64,000 nt of DNA. It comes from Eledone cirrhosa. Taxonomy: Eukaryota. Location of the stretch: the NCBI GenBank assembly GCA_964016885.1, contig OZ024740.1:91698001-91762000 (forward strand). Reading direction: 5' to 3'. A program made the position numbers and the translations under genes. Shown here piece by piece: positions 11,585 to 26,299 of this stretch (position 1 is the stretch's first letter; every line of letters starts with the position of its first letter). The notes under the pieces were generated by a model. The model was given only the letters and a program-made list of their open reading frames with translations. It did no database searches and had not been told where the DNA came from.

Positions 11585-11636
11585 AAATATAGTTTTATAA
11601 ATATAGTTTCCATTTGTTTAATATCGTATATATATA

Positions 11637-11696
<60 letters not shown>

Positions 11697-12220
11697 TAAT
11701 AATTTCCAGCTATTCGTGCTTACAGAGCGATATCAAATCTTCAACTATCCGTCACCACGTGTTGCGTCCACACAAGATAGCGGTTTCGTTTCAGTGGCGT
11801 GAAAAGATATTCGACAACTAGAAATAGCAGTCAAATTCTTTTCAACAGAAATAGCTCTACAATTAAGGAGCCATCTGATTAATTGGTGAAATATATTTCT
11901 TTAATGGGATATATACACGGAAGGTTAATCACACTTAAAGGTAAATATTACCTAAACTAGCTCTGCGCGGTTACACGCAAGCAAAAATTATCTCCTGTGA
12001 TTATTCATGTATATTTACATGTTAATCAATCTCTAGTTATTATAATATGCTCAGATTTATTTATCTTTGAGCTTAAATTCCCAGGATATATGGCGCATGC
12101 ATTTTGTCATGACACACATGATTTCGATTTAGATTAAATTCATTTAATTCATTTATCTTAATTTTGGACTTATATATATATATATACATATATATATGTA
12201 TATATATATATATATATATT

Positions 12221-14398
12221 TCTAGGACGGCTAAAATTCCCGAGATCTATGGACGAGTTCTCTCCAGCGGTCTCTGTCCCTCATATCACTGCCATGTTCT
12301 GCGTCTCCAACAGACCTGTGTTTGTCCTTAGAGCATCAACGTACCTTAACCTTGGTCTTCCTTTTCCAGTGTGACGATATAGGGGATCCCACATGAGCAC
12401 TTAGTTCAATGTCAACTCTGGATGCAGATGAGCATGTCCAGCTAACCTCAGTCTCCTCTCTCTCACTTTTTAGCTGACTTTCGGGAGGCTCCCATACAAC
12501 TCTGTGTTTTTCATCCTCAGTGTATACTGATTAATGTTCAGAGCCTTCCTCAGCATTCCTGTGTAGCACTCATCCACCATCTGAGTGATTTTCTTTGTCA
12601 GTGTCCAAGTCTCAGACGCGTACAGCAGCACAGACTCCACTACAGCAATGAAGAGGCGGATGTTCAGATATTTACGGAGGTCCGACTTCCACACCGATCT
12701 CAAGCTGTGGCACGCTGCCCAGGTTTTGCCCTTTCTCTCAACTACATCATCTTCCGTATTCCCAAACTTTGTTCCCAATACAGGAAATCCTCAACCAAAC
12801 TAGCGGCTTCCAGCCTACATTAGTGATCCCTTCTGGCTTCTCAACCTTCTCTACCAGAAGGAGAAAATGATGTTAGTGCGGAAGAGTTCCATGAGGAGGT
12901 GTGTAGAGTTGTCAATACCACACAAGCACACAACATCCTGCTTGTTTTGGGGGACATCAATGCACATCTGAGTAAGGAGGGCAGTGCATATCCTTGCTGA
13001 TACTTCCATAACAACAGCAACCAACAAGGAATACTACCGAGAGACCCTCTGCTGCAGGCGAACTTGATAGCGACCAACCTAAGGTTTAGGAAGAATCTGG
13101 GGAAGATGTGGACATACATCTTAGATATGCACCTGTCCAAGTCCCAGATTGATTTCATTCTGGTGATGAAAAAGTGGCGGAATAGTGTTCTGAACACAGA
13201 AGCATACAACTATTTCAGTACACTAGTTAGTGACCACGGGCTTGTTATGAGTGAGGTCCGGGTGAGCTTAAGAAAGGACAAGGCTCAGACCCGGAGAGCA
13301 ATATATGACTGGGGAGCTTTCAAGGAAGATGATAAGCTGCAGGAGAGGTTCACAGTGGAAGTGAGGAACAGGTTCAGTGCTCAGTGTGGAGAGACAGAGG
13401 AGAGGGAGATTAGATGGACTGAGGAGAGTGTGAGGAGGAGGTTGGGGCTCTTCATTATGCAGTGGCGGAAGCAAGTGAGACTCTGGTGCCGAGGAGAAAA
13501 AACAAAAGAAAGCACGTCACCTCTGCAGACCGAAAAGTGTGTGCAGCCAGAGAACACCTGAAAGCTGCCAAGGTCAATTCTATGCTGATCCTACGGAGGA
13601 GAGGATGCAGAGTGTGGAGGTGATGAGGAAAGAACTCTGTACCGCTTAGACTGAGGACGGAGAGGAGGCACTGATAGATAGAGAAGATCAGATGTGTGCA
13701 GAGAGCGGTTGAAAGGTATGGATGTAAAGAGAGCTGGATGATCATCAACGAGAACACAGGGAGGAAGAGAAGGTGTTCGAGTCAGAACTGGGGAACAGGG
13801 CCCGAGTATAGGAACAGGAAATGGCTAGACCATTTTAGGACCCCACTAGGAGAGCCTCCCTCCACAGCCCCGAGCACTTGGGAGATTAGGCGGCTGTTTG
13901 AAGAACTGGATATTGAGACAGAGCCCTTCAGCAGACAGGAGCTTCAGAGAGCCAAGAAGAAGATCAAGGACTTTAGGAAGACCTTTGTTTCTTTGGACCG
14001 TCAGTGCCTGATGAAGTTCTTACAGGCTTATATAATCCCCAATAAGATAGTGGACCTGATATCACTGCTCTACACCAACACCAAAGCCCAAGTCATTACA
14101 CCTGATGGGATGACAGAGTTCTTTGAGATATTGGTTGGAGTGCTCCAGAGAGATACATTGGCTCCCTACCTTTGTATCATCGTAGTGGACTATTGTGTGC
14201 GACTTGCACTGGAGAAACACCAGGACTCTGGCTTTACTGTTGCCCCGGCTCAGAGCACGAGAGTTAAGGCGAAAAAGATATCGGATCGGATGCCGACGAC
14301 ATAGTTTTGGTGACAAAAACAGTGAAAGAGGCAGATGATTTGATGCAGGAGGTTGAGAGTGTGTCTATGAGTGTGGGTCTGATAATGAATGAGACTAA
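12221..14398. mobile_element. RTE-type LINE with 5' inversion (3' part on - at 12221-12850; upstream APE/RT part on + at 12850-14398), disrupted
   Basis: APE motifs LGDINAH, SQIDFIL, SDH. RT motif GVLQRDTLAPYL. C-terminal [16 protein letters not shown]. (TA)n on both sides. Confidence 0.88.
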
Positions 14399-14725
14399 TA
14401 TAATATATATACATATATATATATATATATATGATGGCTGCCCTCTTGTTATCAACTATGGCTATGGCACGATATACCACTATTAATAATTATGAATTAA
14501 TTCTATCGTGCAAGCCTGTGCGTAAACATTTTTTAAAAGTGAAGAAAGACTGTGCACTGAGCCAATCCCGCTCTCTGAGTGATAGTAGCTATAACCAGAA
14601 AAGAAGAAAAGATCAACATCATCGGTTATTACTGAGCCGTAGGGTTTATGTCGCAGTCATCCCAGTTTCCTGAGTTGCTTCCCCTAGAAGAATGCCCTGA
14701 CAAAAACTAGGCGTCCTTCATTCCC

Positions 14726-14764
<39 letters not shown>

Positions 14765-15148
14765 AAATTGAGGTTGGTAATGGCACATGGAATATATAAG
14801 AGACAGAATACTTTTTTGTGAAAAAACATAATTTTATAAGGTAAGGAAATAATAAAGGGTATAAAAAATGACCGGTTTCGATGGGTCTGCAAAAGCCATC
14901 TTTTCAAATGTTGATTAATATTAAGAAAAATTAATAATACGAAGAGTTAAAATTTGAGACATGAAAATTCAAGTATAAAATTCATTGTGGGATTTCATAG
15001 CAGTTTTCATCAAGGTAGCAACAACAGGTTGACTGCTGTGTCCCTTTCTGGTAGTGAATGAGAAGTTATTTGGGGTGTGGGGTATTCCATGTGCCATTAC
15101 CAACCTCAATTTTCTCTATAACCTTCGTTTTGTGTAGAAAATTACACT

Positions 15149-15243
<95 letters not shown>

Positions 15244-15399
15244 TGTGTGTGTGTGCATGTGTATGTGCGTATGCATACTTACATGCTATGTTAGGGTGAG
15301 AAATAAAATTGTAATTTTATTTTCATCTTCAAATTATTCCCCACATATTCCTAAGAGTGTCGTAGGAACATAATCCACAGATACTCCTTTCAGCGGGTC

Positions 15400-17100
15400 C
15401 AGTCAGAAGCAACCGTCTCTTAAATGGAATTTTAACGAAGGCAGATTGACCTTAATATCGAAGAATTGTTGAATATATATTATCCGATTCAAACCTTTGT
15501 TATAAATGAAATGTTCCGATTGTTGAAATGAAGATACAAACAACAAGAATGTATAATATTTTATACACATTTTGTTTTCCTTCGTTAAAACATTCTTTAG
15601 AATTATTTGATTTTAACAATTTACCTCTACTTATACTGCTCTAGCTCTGATTTAAGTTCTCAACTTCTTATCAAGCGCGATATATTGCTAATGTTTTCAT
15701 ACATTATAAAGCACTTCACATTTTACTATTATCGTATTTTTTTTTATTAATTCAGTTCACACTGATTTTAGAATGTGATTTCATATTTCAAATCTCGAAT
15801 ATCTAGGTGATAAACATTGTTATATATTATCATATAATTCAAAATATATTACATAATTAGTGGTTCATATTGTTTAGTAAAGTCAATAGAATCGTAACAC
15901 GGTGTCGTCCAATAAGTGTTGTTTTCAATCATAATCTCTGATCTCTTTTGTTGGTGAACACGGTGTTGCGTTCAAAATACAACAACATTTAATTATTATG
16001 TGTTCAAAATATGGCCAATAAATGTTACGTTCGTGAAATAGTAGTCCAGGGCAAAAAATAAGATTGGTTTTCTCTAGCTATAAATAGCTCTAGGTGTTTA
16101 GATTCATAAATAGCTGTAGGTGTTTATAAACAGAACATATTGAAGTAAGATTGTTTCTGATCAATAGAATTGTATCCACTGGGGAATACTCGTTAAAACA
16201 ATAAGAGCTGCATCCCTGAAGATTTCTAGTAATAGGCCCAAGGTATGGGCATGGTCTATGGTTCAATGTGCACGAGGTTTAGCTAAAATGTCAGTTTCGT
16301 TTTATATAGGGCAACTCAAATTTTACACGCGAAAAATCATCAATTGTTATCTAGATTACTATCTTTTTTTTCTTAATAAGTAATGTAAATGACTAGAGTT
16401 TCTTCCAGAATAATCATATTTTAGAGACATTAAAGACCACCTTCAGTTCCAACCATGACTCTTAACTGTTCATTGCCTGTATCTCTCAGAGAAAATATAA
16501 TTAAATCCAATGTAACTCTGAATGTGTGCCCTGGTAAGTTACGATACATGTACATATCATGGCCATCTTCATTAACTCATACAAAAAACATATTTCAATT
16601 AAGATTCTTCAGCCATCCTTTGTTATCTGATGATCGTCATATGTTCCATCAATGTTTTCTCTATACACAATGTTTCTTTGCATAAGTTCCTTTTCTCTAG
16701 TGAATTTGCATCGTACATTTCGATAAATTTTGGCATTACGTTCAGCACATTTCTATAATTGACAATTCATCACACAATTATTATTTTTTCTATTCAGAGA
16801 ATTTCAGTATTTTTTGAGAGAGCACGTGACAAAGATCTTCGAAAAACATTTTCATCAAAGCATGAAACGCTGATTAAATTTTATAGAAGGATTTGCTTGA
16901 CTACAGCGTGTAATGGTTAGTGAAAAATATTTGACACATGGGTTTCAACTGGCGGAAATTATAAGCTGCAGACATCCATAAACATAGATATTAGTATGGA
17001 CATTTGTGGCATCCACAGAAGATTATGTCACGTAATGAGAAAGGAAAATGAATTTAAAAAGAGCATTGAAAATATTACGGTACTAAGCTGGTTTTGATCC
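15400..17100 (-). pseudogene. Possible highly decayed hAT-type transposase remnant
   Basis: Only faint similarity to hAT RWL and C-terminal dimerisation motifs in broken frames. Confidence 0.25.
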
Positions 17101-17710
17101 GCTATTGCTATGATTACCTATAGATATATACACACCATTTTCTTTAATCGTTTTGGAAGCCTCAACAATGCAGATGGGTAATTCTCCGGGTAACAGGATC
17201 CGGTGGTGAAGAGAGAGATGTAAGGGAATATAGAATGAGATGTATAGTGTGTAGAGGAACTTAGGAAAGAGCGTAAAAATAAAAATAATAACACGAGATA
17301 GAGTTACCTTGGTAGAGATTTAATTGTCCCTATATTTCGGATTCGCATCCATCAACTAAGGGGTTTTCCGGGAGGGGAAAGGTTATATGTCGGAGAGGAA
17401 CGGTACGTGTCCTCTGCTGTTTTTGAATAACTGAGGTATTCAGCCGAGCGCGGGCGCGCGCGGAATAAGTACGGTAAAGCAAAGGTCGACGGTCCAAGCG
17501 GTTCTTTTTATTGTGGGAATGGGATGGCGTTAGCTGTCAAATCATTGTACTATTTTTCTGTGCTGCTTTTTGGTATTAGCAGTGTAGTATATTCGTCTGG
17601 TAGTAGTAGACGTCTGCTTGGTCGGTGGATGGTGGCGTTGCTACACACACAATCGTTCGAATGCTACTGGGTGTGTGTGCGTGTCTTGTCTCTTTGTGTA
17701 TACCAATCAC

Positions 17711-19040
17711 CTAATTTCGCTTCTCTCCGATCGGTATTTCATTTGTGGCCCTAGGCATTTGATCAAAAGTGCTTGCTTGATTCGTAACGTGCAAACGTTG
17801 CGTTCTTTCTCTAGCACTGTGACAATGGGCCTTCAGTCTTTGTTTCCGCATTTGGTTATGTGTTTCCGGAAAGACGAGGCCCTGGATGTGTAGCAGCCGG
17901 ATTGTGCTACCGATATAGTAGTGGTTGCACTTGTCAAATACTACCTGATACACGCCGTATGTGCGTAAGCAACAGTTCGTATGGCGCATCGGGCAGTGTC
18001 TGAGGGAACATGCGTCAGTCGATTTCCCGGGTTTCCTGGAGAGGTATCTTCGCAGAGAGCGGCCCGAGTGGGCCAGGTGGTTGTCGAGGCCCTCTCTCCG
18101 TATAGCCTTGTGGATAGCGTTGGTGGTATTGTCGCCCAGGTATGGTATTTTAAGGAAGCACCTGCTTTGGTTGTTTCTCTGCCGCTTGCGTCTGGTGTCT
18201 ATTATTGTGTTTGTGGGCGAGGCGGGGTACCCGTTCGTCACCAGCACTTAGGGAAATCGTTTAATGTGGGTGACACCACTCAGGGGATCTCTGCATCTAT
18301 TTTTAATTCGCGTGAACTCGTTCGTGAGGTACCCTCTTTTAGCACTGTTTGGGAGGGCAGACTTGTAGTAGACGAACAAGTCCCAGCTGCCTTGCGGTAG
18401 AAGTTGGTTTGGATCCCTCCCTGCTCCGTGATGTTGAATCAGAAGTCGAGGAGGGCAAGTGACCTGCCGTCGCTGGGGTGTTCAACACCGAAATCAATCT
18501 TCTCGTCCGAGTTGCTGAACGTCTCATATATTCCGTTCGCCATCTCCTGGGAAGATGTGAGGATGAGGATATCGTCCACGTACCTTGAGAAAAAGGCGAC
18601 GGGGTTGGGGTGGCAGGTGTTGAGTGCATTGGGCTCGAGGCTGTCCATGTATGTGATCGCTAACATACCCGACAGGCTTGAGCCCATGGGCAGCCCCGAA
18701 GTTTACCGGTATGTTTGGTCGAGAAAACCGAAGTATGTGTTGCCAACGACGACGGAAAGGAGTTGGTGGATGTCAGTGGGGGTGAGACCGAAGCAGTGTA
18801 GGTCGGTAGATTGGACGCGTTCCATCAGCATATCAACGGCCGGGAGTGGCGGCACCAAGATGTAAAGAGCGACTATATCAAGGCTGATAGCATATATGTT
18901 AGCCTTTCTGATGTCGGGATCCACATGATGCAGGAGCTCCAACACCTCCTCGGAGCTGTTTACGTGTCCTGGCAAGGTATCTAGTATGGGTTTGAGTATT
19001 CTGGCTAGTAGTCATGACATTTTGTAGAGCTGTCCTTCCA
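17711..19040 (-). mobile_element. Penelope/Poseidon-type PLE fragment (RT plus GIY-YIG), frameshifted
   Basis: ISLDIVALY, MGSSLSGMLAITYM, SRYVDDIL, LKIPYLG, GVYQVVFDKCNHYYIGST. Confidence 0.88.
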
Positions 19041-19259
19041 CGCTCGATTTCAGCCTTCATGAAGTCGCTCTTTACACCTCGGTCCCGGCACTTTCGGCTG
19101 TGATATTTCAGGCTATTAATCTCATTTCAGATGCGAAGCTGAATTAGTCCAAGTCAAAACTATAGAGTTCTCAGAGGTTTCAAAGTTTTCTCCCAAAACT
19201 GGTTTAAAAATTTGCAGACGACATGGTTTTACTAACAGGTGTAGAACGTGGCAGTCGAC

Positions 19260-19760
19260 ATGATGTTACGTATCTTGATAGAATGTGATCACCAATAGGT
19301 TTGATGCCTAGTGATTTATGGATGGAATGAAAGTCAGATTTCCCAATCAAGCCTGCACAGAGCATTCCAATGTAGCAGATGGAGAAGCTAAATTAGCTGA
19401 GGGCAGGGTTCTCATGTGATGGAAGGCAAGAATAGGAGGAGAGTGTGCGGTAATGGGCTAGCTTCAACATTCGGTAATCAGAAGAAGAGATGTAGGTATA
19501 AAAGCCAAACTCACTATCTCTAATACTCTATTTATGCCAACCCTTACCTTTGGTCATGACACAAATAATTCGATCACGAATACAAATAGACGGAATGGGG
19601 ATCCTTCTTCGAGTTCTTGAAGTAAAGTTTCTCGAGAGAGTGCGTTACTCGAAGATCATATAATCTCCGCAGTTTGGGCCGGTATTTTTCCGTATTGAGA
19701 GATTACAGCTCGGTTACTATGGGCCTGTGTTTCGAATGTTTAAGGAAATAATTCTTGGAC
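19260..19760 (+). pseudogene. Decayed RTE-like LINE C-terminal fragment
   Basis: Remnant 'SIYANPYL/PTLTFGH' and downstream RTE-like motifs in broken frames. Confidence 0.35.
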
Positions 19761-19848
19761 AGATTTCACGAAATATGATTCAGACATTAATACTATGGTA
19801 AATTGAAATTTCAAATTTTGCAACTAGTTCTTATTTAAACACACATAG

Positions 19849-19931
<83 letters not shown>

Positions 19932-19946
19932 TATATATATATATAG

Positions 19947-20013
<67 letters not shown>

Positions 20014-20153
20014 TATATATATATATATATATATAAGTTGAAAAAAAATGAAAGCGAAATTTCATTTCTCACTCTTAGTATGGCACTTACTTAAATGTAA
20101 GTATGTATGTATACGTATACATACATATATGTATACAGACGTACAGTAGCATG

Positions 20154-20237
<84 letters not shown>

Positions 20238-20404
20238 CATATACATATATACATACAGGTACACATACATATATGCACGCATCAGTCTAGCGGACGCTTA
20301 TTATACCGCCGCTTTGTTCGTTTGTCAACAAACTGAACAGCCTGAATTTATGCCATACGGTGTTAAGGCAACGACGTCACCTTGTTGTTCAACACTGACA
20401 CAGG

Positions 20405-20449
20405 AACGATGTACTAGTTTCAAGCTTGTTTCCTATCATCAGCACCTTT
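20405..20449 (-). ncRNA. Hammerhead motif (family A), helix II degraded
   Basis: AAAGGTG-CTGATGA-TAGGAAACAAGCTT-GAAA-CTAG-TA-CATCGTT. Confidence 0.55.
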
Positions 20450-20685
20450 TACCCATCTGCCAGATAGTTGAGCGTTCGAAAGTATATACTTTCCTTATGA
20501 AAATTAACGGCTGAGCAGTCTAATTTGCATATTGAGTGAGTTAAATCGGTCAGGCATACCGAAAACGATAAGTTCAAAAAAATGAAAACGAAATTTAATT
20601 TCTCACTCTTAGTATGGCACTTAGTTAAATGTAAGTATGTATGTATACGTACATACATATATGTATACAGACGTACAGTAGCATG

Positions 20686-20763
<78 letters not shown>

Positions 20764-20930
20764 CATATACATATATACATACAGGTACACATACATATAT
20801 GCACGCATCAGTTTAGCGGACGCTTATTATAACGCCGCTTTGTTCGTTTGTCAACAAACTGAACAGCCTGAATTTATGCCATACCATGTTAAAGCAAACA
20901 CGTCACCTTTTTGTTCAACACTGACACAGG

Positions 20931-20975
20931 AACGATGTACTAGTTTCAAGCTTGTTAGCTATCATCAGCACCGTT
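20931..20975 (-). ncRNA. Type I hammerhead ribozyme (family A)
   Basis: AACGGTG-CTGATGA-T-AGCT-AACA-AGCT-T-GAAA-CTAG-TA-CATCGTT. Confidence 0.85.
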
Positions 20976-21212
20976 TACCCATCTGCCAGATAGTTGAACG
21001 TTCGAAAGTATATACTTTCCTTATGAAAATTAACGGCTGAGCAGCCTTATTTGCATGTTGAGTGAGTTAAATCGGTCAGGCATACCGAAAACGATAAGTT
21101 CAAAAAAAATGAAAACGAAATTTCATTTCTCACTCTTAGTATGGCACTTAGTTAAATGTAAGTATGTATGTATACGTACATACATATATGCATACAGACG
21201 TACAGTAGCATG

Positions 21213-21285
<73 letters not shown>

Positions 21286-21477
21286 TTACATATACACATA
21301 CAGGCCGTATGGCATAAATTCAGGCTGTTCAGTTTGTTGACAAACGGACGATGCGGCGTTATAATAAGCGTCCGCTAAACTGAAATAAACTAAAATATAT
21401 ATATGTGTGTGTGCATGCTACTGTACGTCTGTATACATATATGTATGTACGTATACATACATACTTACATATATATA

Positions 21478-21612
<135 letters not shown>

Positions 21613-21627
21613 GCATACATATATATA

Positions 21628-22113
21628 TATTTCTGAATTTGTTTAGCAAGATTCTTTATCTGAAAACGTGTGTTGAAACCGATATTGTTATACTTTGGGA
21701 GGGTCATGTTGCCAATCAGAAACACACGCACCAGTGCTCTCACTACAATTTATTATGAATTAAATTTATAAATTTAAGAATTTATAAATTTACGGTTGGT
21801 TATTGGTTGGTCCCACCACCGGACGGTTGTTCATATATTGTCAAAGTTCTTTCGTCACTCATTCTGGGACATCTTCAATGACACACAAAAACAAGATGGC
21901 GTAGGACAGAACAAAGGAGAGGCAGAAAACAAAGAAAATAATCCCCAGTCACTGAAGAAATTTGACAATATATGAACAACCGTCCGGTTGTTGAACTAGC
22001 CAACCAACCGGAAATTTATAAATTCTTAAATGTATAAATTTAATTTATAATAAATTGGAGTGAAACAACTGGTGCGTGTGTTTCTTATTGGCAACATGAC
22101 CTTCCCAAAGTAT

Positions 22114-22120
<7 letters not shown>
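21628..22120. mobile_element. Inverted pair of pseudo-LTR fragments related to the PLE at 27680-33193
   Basis: Shares GTTATACTTTGGGAGGGTCATGTTGCCAAT...; 21680-21850 is inverted at 21950-22120. Degenerate HHR core (TTGAAGA). Confidence 0.75.
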
Positions 22121-22177
<57 letters not shown>

Positions 22178-24490
22178 GAAGTGAATTGGTATAGCTTTAG
22201 CCGTCTCTTAATCACTCAATGACCTAACAAGTTTTGCATTGGGGGAAATACAAACGCAGTACTTAGAGTGTACACATACGTTGATCAGTAACATAAACGG
22301 CTAACGGGGGTGTTGATAATAGCATATCAAAGAAACCCGCTCTGATGCCGCACATTATATACACCTGTTTGTCAACTATAGCTTCATCTGAAAACACTAT
22401 TTACAGCACTTACGTAATATCACCATTTATTACGTTATTAGGATAGGATTACATCATAGTTTGCTTACACATACACACATAGACTATTCACACACATATA
22501 TTTATGTTTGATTTTCTGTGCGCGTGCATGTCTGTCCGTATGACTGAGTGCTGCAGCATTTGTAGATATGAATGTAAGAACATGAGACTAATGTATGAAT
22601 GAATGAATGATTGAATAGATACACTAATATAAAATGACACAAACTAGGTCAGCGGCTTTAGAGATTGAAACATGTACCTGGCGTAGTGTGGAGGATATTT
22701 TAAAAGATTAGAGTGGTTTTTGCTTGTTCACATTTAATTAGCTTTTCATTTTCAAAATGAACACACTTGAAGTAGAGAAATGTTTATTTTTTATTTTTCA
22801 TAAATCTATTTCTCATTCGTTTATTCAACTGTTTTGGGCAATTTGACAGAGAGAAATATTGACTTCAACCACATGTGTATCTATATATATAAACTTGTAA
22901 TTCCTGTCTGTTTGTTTGTTTTTGTTCACGAACTCCTCTTATGGCTTTGGAGATAAATCTTTTTACAATAGATTGGAAGCACTCAACTCATAGGTTTGAC
23001 AGAATTATAAATATTAATTCAAAATATTAACAAAATAGATATTCTTATGATCAATTATATTTTATTATACATATTTCAGAGGTACTGAGTTAAGTTCAAC
23101 AGTACGTCCTCATCATATAAAATGATATGATACATGACATACCCTGACATATTAGATGGTTAATATTTAGTCATGGTAGTGATTAACTTATGACAAAACT
23201 CAATATTTACAACCTAATATTGAGAAGATGAGATAACATAATACAAACAATAGAGAGGGTGCGTGTAATAGAGTTTAAGATATATATGGCATCAATGTAA
23301 CAGTTATAATTTTTTTTTATTTTAAAAACTACTGGAGAAAAAGGAGGGAAAGGAAAGCATAGAGGAAGAAACAGCTGATGTGATAATATATTTAGTAGGT
23401 GGCTTGAGAAAACAGATGAAAGATGATTAAAGAGAGAGAGAGACAAAGGAGAGCAATTTATGTTCAAGTTTATATACACAGATTTCCATATGTGTAACAC
23501 GTGTCCAAAATAATATAGTTGGCGGTTAATTTTCAAAATATTTAATATTTCAGGGTAACGAATCATAATTTAGGTTTTAAAAGTTAATAGATATGTGTAT
23601 TAATATTATAATATAATTCTGTTTAATTTCTAAAATTCAAATTTTATGAAAACAAATTCAAGGATTTACGAAACACGAGAAAGAAAATAGATATAATGTG
23701 TTTTTATCTTCACGAAGGTAATCTATACCAAAATTATTTATAATATTGACAACAGTTTCTATATATCATTTGTAAAATAATTATAGTTATAATTATTAAA
23801 GAATTTATTGTTAAAAAGTTTGAGTGCCTAAAGTATCAACCGGCCTTATAACTAAACTTAAAGAGGTCCGAATGTTTAATTATATATATATAAGTATCGA
23901 TCACAAAATAGAAAGATTATAGTTTATTATTTGTTTATAATTGAGGTGATACATTTCAAATATATATAATATAATATCATAATGCAATATAGTAAATAAG
24001 TTACTGAAAATATTGTTCAAAAATATATATAGTTTAAAATGTTGTTTAACATATTGCTAAAGAATTAATATTTCATATCAATTATTTTCATTTATTTGAT
24101 ATACACTATAAATATATAAGTCAAAACCATATGAGTCCTAATGATAGGGGCTAGATACAAAATAAATTTACAAATAAACGAAAATGAATTGTTGCGACAC
24201 TTAAATGTGCCCAATATTAAAAATATATTATAAATGCAATAGGGTTTTAATATAGTATAGAAAAATATATCTAAAATATTTTAGCGAATGTGATATAAAG
24301 AGGAGCTAAATATTTGAAAAAGCCGAAAGAATTCTAAATTTAATTGAAATAAAATAAAATAAAATAAAATAAGTTAAATTATATTAAGTTAAATTATATA
24401 TAAGTTAAATTATATTAAGTTAATGATTATATAAGTTCTACCTTCCAGGGAATATCGAACACTTATAACAATATAAAGTCATTTGAGTGT

Positions 24491-26100
24491 CTATACATTT
24501 TTATAATTATTAATTATTAATAGGGTCTCCTTTGTGAAGAGGTTGTAGTTAATTGCTATGGAAGAGTTGGTATATATTTTACTATTACAAAGCTTCGTCC
24601 AAAATATCGTGTATTTTAAATTGTCTTTTAATGACCATATAAGTTGTGATAAAGAAGTCGAAGACTTCCTATTAAAATTCGTAATTGAGCATTTGTGATT
24701 CGCAAATCTAGATTTAAATATCGAAGAAGTTGCTACTATGTAGTTGTATGTGTTGTTATCTGTTTTTACGGTGCATTTATACACCATATTTCTATCCAGA
24801 CAGTTATTTTGCAGAGAGCAATCTGGTTCATTTCTACAATTACATTTTGATTTATTATTATCTATATTAACACTATTATTAATAGCATTATATTGATTTT
24901 GGTTTAGAATTATAGACCATATCACTGATTTAGTTCTGGTTCTTTTCCCCGATTTATTCACAATACAGGTGTTTGAATTACAATTATTAGAATGTATAGA
25001 ATTTCGTTTACATATGCCATTATATTTATTACAATCGGATTACTATTGCCTATATATTCTATATTATGTTTATATCCTGCCTTTTTAAGCGCATCATTAT
25101 AATATTCAGCGTTTTCATCAAATATTGATTTATTGTCAGATATTCTATTTATACATTTTTGTGCGCTATTTACAATTGCTTTTTTCACAGATTTAGTGTG
25201 ATTAGAGTAATAACTAACGTAATTTAAATTTAGATTGGGCTTATGGAAAAGGGTAATAAAAACCATAGTTTAAGTTAAGGGTAACATCAATGAAATTAAC
25301 TATTTTGGTACCACTTTCTACCTCTAGTTTAAGGTCGTAATTTTTAAAGAATTCAATTATACTTTTTCTTTACCCTATTTAGGTCTATATTGTTGTGTTT
25401 AACAACCGTAAATAAAATATCGTCCCTATATAAACCACCGGTAATCTCTGGGAGTTTTCTATTTATCATATTTAAGATGAAAATCCCCAGAATACCCGTG
25501 ATTTGCGCTGAATCAGATGATCCCATGCTAATGTCGAAGTTTCCATTTCTTTCTGAGCGGGCCCAGTACTCATTGTTGAAGTTAATTGGAGTTCTTCTAG
25601 CAGTTAATATGATATCAATTTCATCCGTAGTTAGATCAATATGTTTATAAGCGTATGATAAAGCAGTATTTAGTAGGTTAGGCGTAATGGAAGAGTAACA
25701 ACTTGTTATGCCCCTCTTGATGAATTTACGTTTTTCTTAACATGTATATTTTTATACCATTCAATCACTTCGTTTGTATCCTACCACAAGGTCAATTTAG
25801 ACTTCAATTTCAAAATAGGTAGAATTATATCGATAATATTTTTACTGATTACTCCAATATCCGATTTGGATGGAGCAATCAATCTAACTGGCAGGTCCTC
25901 TTCAAACTTTCTTTTGTGATCTTTAAAATTGATCGGCGGATGTCTAGGTATAAGAGGCTCGGTTCTTCCTTCAATTCCTAACTTTGCAATTAATTTATAT
26001 GCATCATTATCGATGTCGGTAAGATATTCAGCCGGGGCTTTTTTATAATTCGTCTTTAGTTCTTTTAAAATCAAGTTATTGTATTCTTCTTTCTTTAATA
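24491..26100 (-). mobile_element. Penelope-like element (YRDD type), disrupted
   Basis: FKDHK..PVRLIAPSKSDIG, DISMGSSDSAQI, GLYRDD, CNCRNEPDCSLQNNCL..VYKC..YI. Confidence 0.85.
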
Positions 26101-26102
26101 AC

Positions 26103-26288
26103 TGTTTCTATTTTAGGCACAAGGCTAGCAAATACCCAGTACATTACTGGTACTTTAATTTATCGACACCGTAAAGATGAAAGGTAAAGTTAACCCCGAC
26201 GTGATTTGAACTCAGACCATAAAGGGACGTAACTATGCTAGAAAGCATGACGTCCAACCCTCTACCGATACTGCAAATTCACCGCCCT
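26103..26288 (-). mobile_element. tRNA-derived SINE (cephalopod-type)
   Basis: B-box-like GAGTTCAAATC and body TTTCATC..GGTCGATAAAWTAAAGTACCAG. Other copies occur in this window. Confidence 0.7.
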
Positions 26289-26299
26289 TATTATTAATT

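Larger units (their letters stand above)
11303..11630. mobile_element. Fold-back pair of ~140-bp pseudo-LTR-like segments, each with an HHR
   Basis: 11303-11445 is the reverse complement of ~11495-11630. A related copy lies at 54640-54790. Confidence 0.75.
20040..21470 (-). mobile_element. Family A tandem repeat, ~2.4 units of ~530 bp on - plus an inverted partial unit (~21303-21470)
   Basis: Reverse complement of 1-1020. Octamers at 20523 and 21049. Embedded in (TA)n. Confidence 0.82.

Noticed and set aside
14860-14910. HHR-like relics at 14860-14910, 17325-17365 and 21838-21885 (all minus strand)
   Set aside because: Helix II and GAAA are present but the CUGANGA core is mutated (TTGAAAA, TTGAT, TTGAAGA); probably dead relics, not called
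26103-26288. tRNA gene (A/B-box-like sequences here and at 35431, 37996)
   Set aside because: No cloverleaf; each is followed by a shared SINE body seen in several copies or a typical SINE core
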